Shown here one piece after another: positions 8,791-16,541 of a stretch of 64,000 nt of DNA. Source of the stretch: a virus. The position numbers and the translations under genes are program-made. The stretch is taken from positions 57,277 to 121,276 of the IMG/VR virus record IMGVR_UViG_3300023174_000078. The stretch is one strand, 5' to 3'. The notes under the pieces were generated by a model. That model saw only the letters and a program-made list of their open reading frames with translations. It was not told the origin of the DNA and searched no databases. How positions within the stretch are numbered: position 1 is the first letter of the stretch; the number at the start of each line of letters is the position of its first letter.

Positions 8791-9135
8791 ATGACAACCG
8801 CTACTACACCTATGCCAAAGACAAGACAAGAACTGAAAAAATCATCGCATAAATCATTGCGTGCGATGTATAAAACTGTGTTGAGAGAATTAGTTCTTAA
8901 AAAGAATTACAGTATCTTTGACGCTGCCTTTAAGTTTGACATGGATGAGATTACCGCTATCGGTATTTTGTTTGATAAAAAACCAACGCAGGCACAAATC
9001 GATTACGCGTTGGAGATTTATAATAAAGGATTGTCTATGACTGTCGCTTGTGTGGCCGCGAGCGTTCCATTCAAGATATTTAAGAAAGCGCACGGCACAG
9101 CCCCCCGGAACGAATACAAACCCAAGCGGTGGTAA
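8791..9135 (+). CDS. Hypothetical basic protein
   Basis: ORF in operon. Confidence 0.6.
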   Translation: MTTATTPMPKTRQELKKSSHKSLRAMYKTVLRELVLKKNYSIFDAAFKFDMDEITAIGILFDKKPTQAQIDYALEIYNKGLSMTVACVAASVPFKIFKKAHGTAPRNEYKPKRW

Positions 9136-9536
9136 TTATGACTCCAAATCGATTTAATGAGATTGTAGTAAATCGCGCCAAAGAGCGTGTGAAAGCTAAA
9201 GTAGCTAAATTTGAAGCTACTATTGCCAAAGCATTTAAGGATTTACATCCTTGCCTGGCGACAAGTAATTATTATAATAGATGGTCCTCAGGACCACAGA
9301 CGAAGCATGCTGTAGCTGTTATGCGCCTTCTATGTGGCGTGAAAGAAGAAAAGAATAAACCCGTTGGGTATCCCGAGGCCTTATGGCGGGACGAAGAAAA
9401 AGCAGTTGAAGAAGAATTGCTTGCTACTATGGATGAAATGGCTAAGGCTTTATTAGCCCCGCAAGATGACGAACCCTCCCCCATTGCAAAATATGACCCC
9501 ACTCCAGACGACTCCTTTATCCCCAGTGGCGTCTAA
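9129..9536 (+). CDS. Hypothetical protein
   Basis: ORF in operon. Confidence 0.6.
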   Translation: MVIMTPNRFNEIVVNRAKERVKAKVAKFEATIAKAFKDLHPCLATSNYYNRWSSGPQTKHAVAVMRLLCGVKEEKNKPVGYPEALWRDEEKAVEEELLATMDEMAKALLAPQDDEPSPIAKYDPTPDDSFIPSGV

Positions 9537-9792
9537 CGAGAAATTTATCAGCTGTGATTGCCATAGCGAATTTATACGGTTGAATTACGACAAAGAAATC
9601 GAATGCTTTGATGTATCCATTTGGACTTTACAGGCAAGTAGTAAACCACACTGGCGCACAAAGCTTCGTTGGTTATGGCGTATTCTGACCAATGACTCAC
9701 CGTATGGTGATCAGGTTATTATTAATGAAGATAAGGCCAAAGAACTGGCTGATTATATACTAGAAAAGTTAGCGAGCAAAAGCGGGGCTTAA
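9466..9792 (+). CDS. Hypothetical phage protein (CxCxxE motif); start uncertain
   Basis: CDCHSE motif; W..KLR..W. Confidence 0.55.
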   Translation: MTNPPPLQNMTPLQTTPLSPVASNEKFISCDCHSEFIRLNYDKEIECFDVSIWTLQASSKPHWRTKLRWLWRILTNDSPYGDQVIINEDKAKELADYILEKLASKSGA

Positions 9793-9825
9793 CGCCCTAG
9801 TAGTACTAGTGCCAAATTCACAGCG

Positions 9826-10335
9826 ATGAAAACAACTGAAGAAATTCAAATTTTGGAATGCCGCACGTGTAAGCATAAGCCTATATTCGTACCTTTGCCT
9901 GCTGCGGAATTTCCTATTTCGTTTGTTTCGTTATGTGGGTGCAATTATGGTTCTCTGCATCATGGTATTCATTCTACGATGCGTGTTAATGCTGATATTA
10001 TAAAGAATAATTCCGTAATACGTAAAGCCTCTTTAACAGCCGCAATCAAAAAGTGGAATCGGCGCGTTGCGACGTATATCAAATCCAAACAAACACGATA
10101 TGACCCTGATTATGTGACCTGTCGTTACTGCAAACGAGACGGTTTGCTGCGCGGTCGTCGTCCTTACATTTCTAGATGGAAACCTTCTTCTAAATTTTTG
10201 TTATACGAAAAAGTTGAACAACCGCCTTCACCTGCTGGATCTTCCAACTGGCCAACGTTTCAGACACACAAATTCAAGATACACAGTTGTTTGTCACGAA
10301 AGAACATCGTATCAGAGAAAATTATAACAGACTAA
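9826..10335 (+). CDS. Zn-finger-like hypothetical protein
   Basis: CRTC, CGC, AIKKWN, CRYC motifs. Confidence 0.55.
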   Translation: MKTTEEIQILECRTCKHKPIFVPLPAAEFPISFVSLCGCNYGSLHHGIHSTMRVNADIIKNNSVIRKASLTAAIKKWNRRVATYIKSKQTRYDPDYVTCRYCKRDGLLRGRRPYISRWKPSSKFLLYEKVEQPPSPAGSSNWPTFQTHKFKIHSCLSRKNIVSEKIITD

Positions 10336-10339
10336 AGTT

Positions 10340-10759
10340 ATGGCTAGAGATAAAACTGATGAAATTCTATGCGTTCTTTTCGATGAAGAATACATAAAGC
10401 GAGCTGCTGAATTCTTTGAATACACTTTACGTGGTTTAGGCAAGGACGATGAGTTTAGAATCGATATACTGTACAGTTACTCGTATGTAACCGAATCAGT
10501 TTATTACGTGGTCTCAGTACCCGGGCTATGTTTACCTGAAAACATCGCGGTCATATTGGATAAGCGATTTGACACCAAGTTGGAGGCTGTGAGGAATCTC
10601 GCACTGTGTGCTTGTATGTTCGCACAGCAACACGCTGAGAAGGAGCTAGCAACTCCTCCAGATGAGCAGGGCTGGATGTCAGAGTCAATGGCCTACTGGC
10701 ATAGGCTAAGAGAGGAAGTTAGCACGTACAAAAATCAATATTTATCCGATTTGACATGA
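10340..10759 (+). CDS. Hypothetical protein
   Basis: ORF in operon. Confidence 0.6.
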   Translation: MARDKTDEILCVLFDEEYIKRAAEFFEYTLRGLGKDDEFRIDILYSYSYVTESVYYVVSVPGLCLPENIAVILDKRFDTKLEAVRNLALCACMFAQQHAEKELATPPDEQGWMSESMAYWHRLREEVSTYKNQYLSDLT

Positions 10760-11010
10760 CAAAAAACACACGAATAGTTTTTGGCGACGATCTGGCGACT
10801 GATCAAAAAAACAGGTTGCGGTATATTAAAGATACTTTAGATAAAGGTAAAGTCGTCCGCTTTACCAATAATATTAATGGCATCACCAAAGATGTTAATA
10901 TCTGGAATTCTGATATCGAGGGAGATTTAACAGCTTTTAGGCATACAGGGCGTTCGCCTTATGTATGTTGGCGGGCAGAACAATACGATGTATCCGAACT
11001 AGATGAGTGA
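10756..11010 (+). CDS. Hypothetical protein
   Basis: ATGA overlap with the upstream gene. Confidence 0.6.
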   Translation: MTKNTRIVFGDDLATDQKNRLRYIKDTLDKGKVVRFTNNINGITKDVNIWNSDIEGDLTAFRHTGRSPYVCWRAEQYDVSELDE

Positions 11011-11485
11011 ACAATCCAATAACCAAGCTCCGCAACCTACTCGGCCCGATGGCTGGGTAGGTTGGTCGAAACACGCACTCGAAAATGAACTTCGGGCGCG
11101 TATGGCTCACTTTTATGGGCAGACGGATGGAACCATGAAATTTCCATCTTCTGCCGAAGGTGATCTATTAAAAATGGTGCATCGTCTTCTCGCGCAGAGT
11201 AATGATGCTCCTATTAAAGAAATAAAAGAAACAGATCCTTTTTATTATGTACTAAATCCCGATAAGGTAGTAACCAACCCAACTTGTGGTTGTCGTGAAT
11301 GTAATCCTAATGCCTGGTGGATGGTTGTGTGCTCTATATGTGGTAACAAACGATGTCCGCATGGTACGAGTCACGAATTCAAATGTACAAATAGCAATGA
11401 GCCGGGGCAACCAGGTAGTGTCTTTTCCCAAAAATTCTATCCGAATATTAAAGGCTCGACTGACAACGAAACACCAACAAAATAG
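11003..11485 (+). CDS. Zn-binding phage protein
   Basis: CGCREC...CSICGNKRCPH...CTNSNEPGQPGS. Confidence 0.65.
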   Translation: MSEQSNNQAPQPTRPDGWVGWSKHALENELRARMAHFYGQTDGTMKFPSSAEGDLLKMVHRLLAQSNDAPIKEIKETDPFYYVLNPDKVVTNPTCGCRECNPNAWWMVVCSICGNKRCPHGTSHEFKCTNSNEPGQPGSVFSQKFYPNIKGSTDNETPTK

Positions 11486-11496
11486 AAATTTACAAT

Positions 11497-12081
11497 ATGG
11501 GTCTTTACGATGATGTCTCTGTACCGATTGAGTTATTAAAAGCACAGGAAGATGAGCGCATAAAGAAATATGCGGCGCTACTAACTGGTGTGAATGTAGA
11601 TTTTCAAACCAAAAGCCTAGACTGCTGCATGCAGGAGTATGTGCTTAAAAAAATTGAAGATAAGTATGTGCTGCATAAAGAAAATGTTGAACGTGAGTGC
11701 GTAGAGTCTCCCGATTCTAAGTCTATATTTAAGTTCCATTTCGTAGAGAAATCCAGAACCACTACCCCGGAGTTAATTACCGCCACGCTGTCAATGTGTG
11801 ATTACTACAATAGCGATACCTTAGATATTTTTATAGATTTGAAAATGGAATTGGTTGCTGGTGTGGTCACGAGCATCGTCTGTGCGCTGTATGAAGAACG
11901 CGATCCAGCACCACGACTTCAAAGGAATAAGGAGATGGTGCAGAAAATGAAAGAGAGCGCTATCTATTACAAAAGCTTTCGGGGTAGAGCTGCGATTGTT
12001 TTAAGACGCGCGTTGTTCGCTATTCACAAAAAGATAGATAAATGCAACGGTTGGTTACAAAGATTGGCTTTTAAATTATGA
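11497..12081 (+). CDS. Hypothetical phage protein
   Basis: MGLYD...FQTKSLDC motif. Confidence 0.65.
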   Translation: MGLYDDVSVPIELLKAQEDERIKKYAALLTGVNVDFQTKSLDCCMQEYVLKKIEDKYVLHKENVERECVESPDSKSIFKFHFVEKSRTTTPELITATLSMCDYYNSDTLDIFIDLKMELVAGVVTSIVCALYEERDPAPRLQRNKEMVQKMKESAIYYKSFRGRAAIVLRRALFAIHKKIDKCNGWLQRLAFKL

Positions 12082-12464
12082 ATATCATTTTTTTAGATGA
12101 TGACTTAAATCGTTGGAAGAGTTTTCGTTCCAAGGTGCCGCAGGCTGTACATGTAGAGACAGCTGCGGCGTGCATTAAACTTATCAAAGACACACCTGTC
12201 ATTGATTGGTTATTTCTAGATCATGATTTAGGCGGTGAAGCTTATGTGAAATCTTATCGCGAAGATTGTGGTATGGAAGTTGTGCGTTATTTGTGTGCGG
12301 AAAATCGCAACCAAACTATACATAATATTGTTGTACATTCGCATAACGCCCCAGCCGCGCAGGAGATGTTTAATAAGTTACAAGATGCTGGCTATAAAAC
12401 GCAGCTATTGCCGTTTTATAGTTTAGTTGACGCAATATCTGTAAATCTTGATGCTACGACTTGA
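12078..12464 (+). CDS. Divergent receiver-like domain protein (cyclic-phosphate-processing REC type)
   Basis: IFLDDD..R, LDHDLG, VHSHN motifs. Confidence 0.7.
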   Translation: MNIIFLDDDLNRWKSFRSKVPQAVHVETAAACIKLIKDTPVIDWLFLDHDLGGEAYVKSYREDCGMEVVRYLCAENRNQTIHNIVVHSHNAPAAQEMFNKLQDAGYKTQLLPFYSLVDAISVNLDATT

Positions 12465-13126
12465 GCATGTTTGGGTCACCTTCATGTTACATCAAAAGTG
12501 CTAAACTTACTGCCTATCTATTAAATAAATTTAATATTACTAAAAGTGAAAACAATCAAGATATAGTTCTTCTGTCTTTATTCGCTAGCGTAAAATCCTT
12601 CAAACTTAACATGTTCTCTCGTTCCTTTACGGCCAAAGAAGTCGCCACAATGATCCTGAATGAAAATGATCCAAAAACAATGGATTATTTTTTTATGAAA
12701 TTACTAGATGTTCAATTAGAGAACACGCAGATTAATTATAGTGGTACTTTGACTGGTACTGTACGAAGTGCAAAGTCTAGAATTACTGAAGCTTTTGGTG
12801 TATTGAGTCGCATACGTAACTTTGCCCGTGGGCAAATCTATTTTGTTATGGATATTCATGAGCATCAGATTTTTCCAAAGTCTAGATCTTTCAGAATTTG
12901 CAGTCGCAGACTAATGCCAAGTAAGGTAATTAATCCTAATGCAGGGCAGAAGAAACAAATTACTTATGGTTCTGGTTATGTCTCGACTTACCTGGAGCCT
13001 AATGAGATTTTGATGTCGAAGCATCTCGTGCTTTACTGTCGAAATGCTTGGGAGCGTAAAGGAGAAGTTAAACCTTCGCGGGCAAACCAGGCTAAGCCTG
13101 TGGTAAATGTTGACGCAACAGCATAG
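12461..13126 (+). CDS. Hypothetical protein
   Basis: 221-aa ORF. Confidence 0.6.
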   Translation: MSMFGSPSCYIKSAKLTAYLLNKFNITKSENNQDIVLLSLFASVKSFKLNMFSRSFTAKEVATMILNENDPKTMDYFFMKLLDVQLENTQINYSGTLTGTVRSAKSRITEAFGVLSRIRNFARGQIYFVMDIHEHQIFPKSRSFRICSRRLMPSKVINPNAGQKKQITYGSGYVSTYLEPNEILMSKHLVLYCRNAWERKGEVKPSRANQAKPVVNVDATA

Positions 13127-13150
13127 GTACTTAGTGTTATATAATCATGT

Positions 13151-13417
13151 ATGGGTAAGTATATCAATCATACTCAAAATGGGCCGCTTCAGCAGAAACA
13201 CAAAGCGGCAGAATTGAATAAGGCAGGTGCAGAACTTCTGTTAGACACGCCTACAACGTGGGAAGAAGGACTGATCTGCGTGGTGAGTAATGGTATATTC
13301 GAAGCGGCGGCGTATGTCCAGGATGCCCGGGATCTCGAAGATTTCTCTGAGTTCGTGTGGGACACCAGGCCGCGTGTATGGCTCAAATGGGATAGGGCTA
13401 AAGAGTTCGCTAAATGA
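13151..13417 (+). CDS. Hypothetical phage protein
   Basis: MGKYIN, VVSNG.FEAAAY, DTRPR.W motifs. Confidence 0.65.
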   Translation: MGKYINHTQNGPLQQKHKAAELNKAGAELLLDTPTTWEEGLICVVSNGIFEAAAYVQDARDLEDFSEFVWDTRPRVWLKWDRAKEFAK

Positions 13418-13989
13418 ACATCTTCGCAATTTACAGATGCCCGGTCACGTCGGCCCGGCATCTTGTAGATTCCCATGTCGTGAAAATGGTATTGGAATCT
13501 GCGCAGATGCTAGCTAATTGCTTTACGCCAGAACAACTTGCTGGTGCTGACTGTCCCAGAACGAAGGCAGGCACAGTACGCAAATATTCATATTACAATC
13601 ATCCATGTAGTAAATGGGTGCGCGTGTCGCAAGAGAATATGCGCTGGTTATGTCGACATGCGCTGGCTATGGACGTTGAAAGAATTCAACGCTCAACAAT
13701 CAGAATACAAGAACAACGACAATTAAGAGACCGTGGCTTACCGTATAGTGAAGCGATAGCGAACAGCACACCTGTTCCGCATCACAGCATTTCTTTTATT
13801 AATTGGGTAGTCGCTAATTTTCCGCGCAGTCTAATACCTGAAGGACCTTTGACAGAATTTGCACAGGCTATGCCAGATGAATTCAAATGTGCAGATTCTG
13901 TTCAAGCCTACCGCAACCTTTATACGATAGGTAAAAAACATTTACATATATGGACGCGCAACAAACCTGACTGGATTAACCTATGCTAG
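13414..13989 (+). CDS. Pyrimidine-dimer DNA glycosylase / endonuclease V-like protein
   Basis: MNIF...D.HVVKMVLESAQML...NHPC..W...QAMPD...AYR. Confidence 0.8.
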   Translation: MNIFAIYRCPVTSARHLVDSHVVKMVLESAQMLANCFTPEQLAGADCPRTKAGTVRKYSYYNHPCSKWVRVSQENMRWLCRHALAMDVERIQRSTIRIQEQRQLRDRGLPYSEAIANSTPVPHHSISFINWVVANFPRSLIPEGPLTEFAQAMPDEFKCADSVQAYRNLYTIGKKHLHIWTRNKPDWINLC

Positions 13990-14028
13990 ACCTTAATGAT
14001 AGTTCACCCCTACTGCCCCGGCGTTTAA

Positions 14029-14241
14029 ATGAAACGATCACTTAATAATTCTGTCTGGCATTCTGTCCGTAATTCTGTCAATGAGTCTGTCCGTAATTCT
14101 GTCAGAAATTCTGCCCTGTATTCTGTCTGGGATTCTGTCTATAATTCTGTCTGGGATTCTGTCCGTAATTCTGTCAGTGGTTCTGTCTATAATTCTGTGT
14201 GGCATTCTGTCAGTAATAAAATAAATGAAACGATCACTTAA
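14029..14241 (+). CDS. SVxx-repeat mini-protein 1 (14 repeats)
   Basis: MKRSLNN-(SVxx)14-KINETIT. Confidence 0.75.
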   Translation: MKRSLNNSVWHSVRNSVNESVRNSVRNSALYSVWDSVYNSVWDSVRNSVSGSVYNSVWHSVSNKINETIT

Positions 14242-14389
14242 TAATTCTGTCTGGCATTCTGTCCGTGATTCTGTCAGTGATTCTGTCTATAATTCTGTCT
14301 GGGATTCTGTCCGTAATTCTGTCAGTGGTTCTGTCTATAATTCTGTGTGGCATTCTGTCAGTAATAAAATAAATGAAACGATCACTTAA
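14225..14389 (+). CDS. SVxx-repeat mini-protein 2 (10 repeats, 54 aa; absent from the ORF track)
   Basis: Manual translation MKRSLNNSVWHSVRDSVSDSVYNSVWDSVRNSVSGSVYNSVWHSVSNKINETIT. Confidence 0.75.
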   Translation: MKRSLNNSVWHSVRDSVSDSVYNSVWDSVRNSVSGSVYNSVWHSVSNKINETIT

Positions 14390-14561
14390 TAATTCTGTCT
14401 GGCATTCTGTCCGTGATTCTGTCAGTGATTCTGTCTGGGATTCTGTCTATAATTCTGTCTGGAATTCTGTCAGTGGTTCTGTCAGGGATTCTGTCTATAA
14501 TCCTGTCAATGAGTCTGTCAGAGATTCTGTCAGTAATAAAATAAATGAAACAAGCACTTAA
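14373..14561 (+). CDS. SVxx-repeat mini-protein 3 (12 repeats)
   Basis: Same architecture, 17-nt overlap with neighbours. Confidence 0.75.
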   Translation: MKRSLNNSVWHSVRDSVSDSVWDSVYNSVWNSVSGSVRDSVYNPVNESVRDSVSNKINETST

Positions 14562-14733
14562 TAATTCTGTCCATAGTTTTGTCAGTGATTCTGTCTTTAG
14601 TTCTGTCCGTAATTCTGTCAGAGATTTTGTCAGTAATTCTGTCCGGTATTCTGTCAGTGATTCTGTCTGGGATTCTGTCTTTAATTCTGTCAATAATTCT
14701 GTCAGTAATAAAATAAATGAAACGATCACTTAG
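14545..14733 (+). CDS. SVxx-repeat mini-protein 4 (12 repeats)
   Basis: Same architecture. Confidence 0.75.
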   Translation: MKQALNNSVHSFVSDSVFSSVRNSVRDFVSNSVRYSVSDSVWDSVFNSVNNSVSNKINETIT

Positions 14734-14905
14734 TAGTTCTGTCCGTAGTTTTGTCAGTAATTCTGTCAGTAATTCTGTCAGTGGTTCTGTCTGGGATTCT
14801 GTCTGGCATTCTGTCCGGTATTCTGTCAGTGATTCTGTCTGGGATTCTGTCTTTAATTCTGTCAATGAGTCTGTCCGTAATAAAATAAATGAAACAATCA
14901 CTTAA
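14717..14905 (+). CDS. SVxx-repeat mini-protein 5 (12 repeats)
   Basis: Same architecture. Confidence 0.75.
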   Translation: MKRSLSSSVRSFVSNSVSNSVSGSVWDSVWHSVRYSVSDSVWDSVFNSVNESVRNKINETIT

Positions 14906-15089
14906 TAATTCTGTCAGTGGTTCTGTCTGGGATTCTGTCAGTAATTCTGTCAGTAATTCTGTCAATAATTCTGTCAGTGATTCTGTCAGTGGTTCTGTCT
15001 GGGATTCTGTCGGTGATTCTATCTGGGATTCTGTCTATGATTCTGTCCGTAATTCTGTCAGTAATAAAATAAATGAAACAATTACTTAA
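14889..15089 (+). CDS. SVxx-repeat mini-protein 6 (13 repeats)
   Basis: Same architecture. Confidence 0.75.
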   Translation: MKQSLNNSVSGSVWDSVSNSVSNSVNNSVSDSVSGSVWDSVGDSIWDSVYDSVRNSVSNKINETIT

Positions 15090-15309
15090 TAATTCTGTCG
15101 ATGATTCTGTCTGGGATTCTGTCAGTAATTCTGTCGACGATTCTGTCTGGGATTCTGTCTGGGATTCTGTCTTTAGTTCTGTCTGGAATTCTGTCTGGGA
15201 TTCTGTCCGTAATTCTGTCAGTGGTTCTGTCTATAATTCTGTGTGGCATTCTGTCCGTGATTCTGTCAGTAATTCTGTCCGTAATAAAATAAATGAAACA
15301 ATCACTTAA
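15073..15309 (+). CDS. SVxx-repeat mini-protein 7 (16 repeats)
   Basis: Same architecture. Confidence 0.75.
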   Translation: MKQLLNNSVDDSVWDSVSNSVDDSVWDSVWDSVFSSVWNSVWDSVRNSVSGSVYNSVWHSVRDSVSNSVRNKINETIT

Positions 15310-15541
15310 TAATTCTGTCAGCAATTCTGTCTGGAATTCTGTCCGTAATTCTGTCAGTGGTTCTGTCTATAATTCTATCAGTGATTCTGTCCGGTATCCT
15401 GTCAGTAATTCTATCAGTGATTCTGTCCGGTATCCTGTCAGTAATTCTGTCAATGATTCTGTCTGGTATTCTGTCTGGGATTCTGTCCGTAGTTTTGTCA
15501 GTAGTTTTGTCAGTAATAAAATAAATGAAACAATCATTTAG
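15293..15541 (+). CDS. SVxx-repeat mini-protein 8 (17 repeats)
   Basis: Same architecture; internal 36-bp duplication (SISD SVRY PVSN x2). Confidence 0.75.
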   Translation: MKQSLNNSVSNSVWNSVRNSVSGSVYNSISDSVRYPVSNSISDSVRYPVSNSVNDSVWYSVWDSVRSFVSSFVSNKINETII

Positions 15542-15773
15542 TGATTCTGTCTGGGATTCTGTCAATAATTCCGTCCGTGATTCTGTCCGTAATTCTGTCC
15601 GTGGTTCTGCATATAATTATGTCGGTGATTCTGTCTGGCATTCTGTCTGGCATTCTGTCCGTGATTCTGTCCGTAGTTTTGTCTGGGATTCTGTCGGTGG
15701 TTTTGTCTGGGATCCTGTCAGTGATTCTGTCAATGAGTCTGTCCGTAATAAAATAAATGAAACAATCACTTAA
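15525..15773 (+). CDS. SVxx-repeat mini-protein 9 (17 repeats)
   Basis: Same architecture. Confidence 0.75.
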   Translation: MKQSFSDSVWDSVNNSVRDSVRNSVRGSAYNYVGDSVWHSVWHSVRDSVRSFVWDSVGGFVWDPVSDSVNESVRNKINETIT

Positions 15774-16017
15774 TAATTCTGTCAGTGGTTCTGTCTGGGA
15801 TTCTGTCAGTAATTCTGTCAGTAATTCTGTCAATAATTCTGTCAGTGATTCTGTCAGTGGTTCTGTCTGGGATTCTGTCTGTAATTCTGTCTGGGATTCT
15901 GTCTGGAATTTTGTCTATAATTCTGTCTGGAATTCTGTCAGTGGTTCTGTCAGGGATTCTGTCTGGCATTCTGTCTGGGCTTCTGTCAGTAATAAAATAA
16001 ATGAAACAATCACTTAA
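15757..16017 (+). CDS. SVxx-repeat mini-protein 10 (18 repeats)
   Basis: Same architecture. Confidence 0.75.
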   Translation: MKQSLNNSVSGSVWDSVSNSVSNSVNNSVSDSVSGSVWDSVCNSVWDSVWNFVYNSVWNSVSGSVRDSVWHSVWASVSNKINETIT

Positions 16018-16150
16018 TAATTCTGTCCATAGTTTTGTCAGAGATTCTGTCAGAGATTCTGTCTGGGATTCTGTCTGTCATTCTGTCTATAATTCTGTCC
16101 GTAATAAAATAAATGAAACTACACGATTACAAATTAGAACCTCAAAATGA
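16001..16150 (+). CDS. SVxx-repeat mini-protein 11 (7 repeats, 49 aa; absent from the ORF track)
   Basis: Manual translation MKQSLNNSVHSFVRDSVRDSVWDSVCHSVYNSVRNKINETTRLQIRTSK. Confidence 0.7.
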   Translation: MKQSLNNSVHSFVRDSVRDSVWDSVCHSVYNSVRNKINETTRLQIRTSK

Positions 16151-16541
16151 AACATTAGCTGTACTACGTAAACATGGTTTCAATTTGTCGCGCATGATTG
16201 CCTACAGCAAATCTACATACTTATCAATGCATCCGGAGCATCAAGTAGTGTTCAATGCCAATATTTTTACTCCGCAAGGTAAAGCTTGGTGGGGTGACTT
16301 GGATCTAACGAAAGATTCAGAAAATCTACAGCTTGCAGCTGCCGATATCGGTTCCACTTTATACGTGCTACGTGAATCGGATGGTCGCTTTGGCAATGAG
16401 CAGCGTACTGTGTCAGAATTAGAAAAATTAGCCGTCAAGAAATTTGAAGTTAAGTCAAAACAAAAAAAATCAATTCAAACATGTCTACAATCTTTAGCAT
16501 CCAAGGTAACACAATTTTTCTCCGCGACCCGGAGGCGATGA
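16113..16541 (+). CDS. Hypothetical phage protein, coupled to the array
   Basis: ATG sits in the same AATAAAATAAATGAAAC junction; SKSTY, FNANI, WWGDLDL, YVLRESDGRF motifs. Confidence 0.75.
   Translation: MKLHDYKLEPQNETLAVLRKHGFNLSRMIAYSKSTYLSMHPEHQVVFNANIFTPQGKAWWGDLDLTKDSENLQLAAADIGSTLYVLRESDGRFGNEQRTVSELEKLAVKKFEVKSKQKKSIQTCLQSLASKVTQFFSATRRR

Larger units (their letters stand above)
14029..16150 (+). repeat. Hierarchical tandem array: 148 x 12-bp units (TCTGTC-NNNNNN) organised into 11 higher-order units
   Basis: Junction GTAATAAAATAAATGAAAC recurs; unit starts at 14029, 14225, 14373, 14545, 14717, 14889, 15073, 15293, 15525, 15757, 16001; all periods equal 28+12n. Confidence 0.97.

Noticed and set aside
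14382-16000. Minus-strand TDRI/TELL-repeat ORFs and + strand ILSV-repeat ORFs
   Set aside because: They are shadows of the 12-bp repeat with inconsistent starts and ends; only the SVxx frame has a conserved ATG and stop in every unit and matches the diverged cluster.
14029-16150. CRISPR array (junction ends in AATGAAAC, like some CRISPR repeats)
   Set aside because: The intervening segments are about 85-215 bp, variable in length, made of internal 12-bp repeats and in-frame coding; no cas genes are in the window.
14029-16150. Diversity-generating retroelement or retron/RT-associated array
   Set aside because: No reverse transcriptase motif (YxDD in RT context) in any ORF here and no TR/VR pair with adenine-only differences; an RT elsewhere in the genome cannot be excluded.
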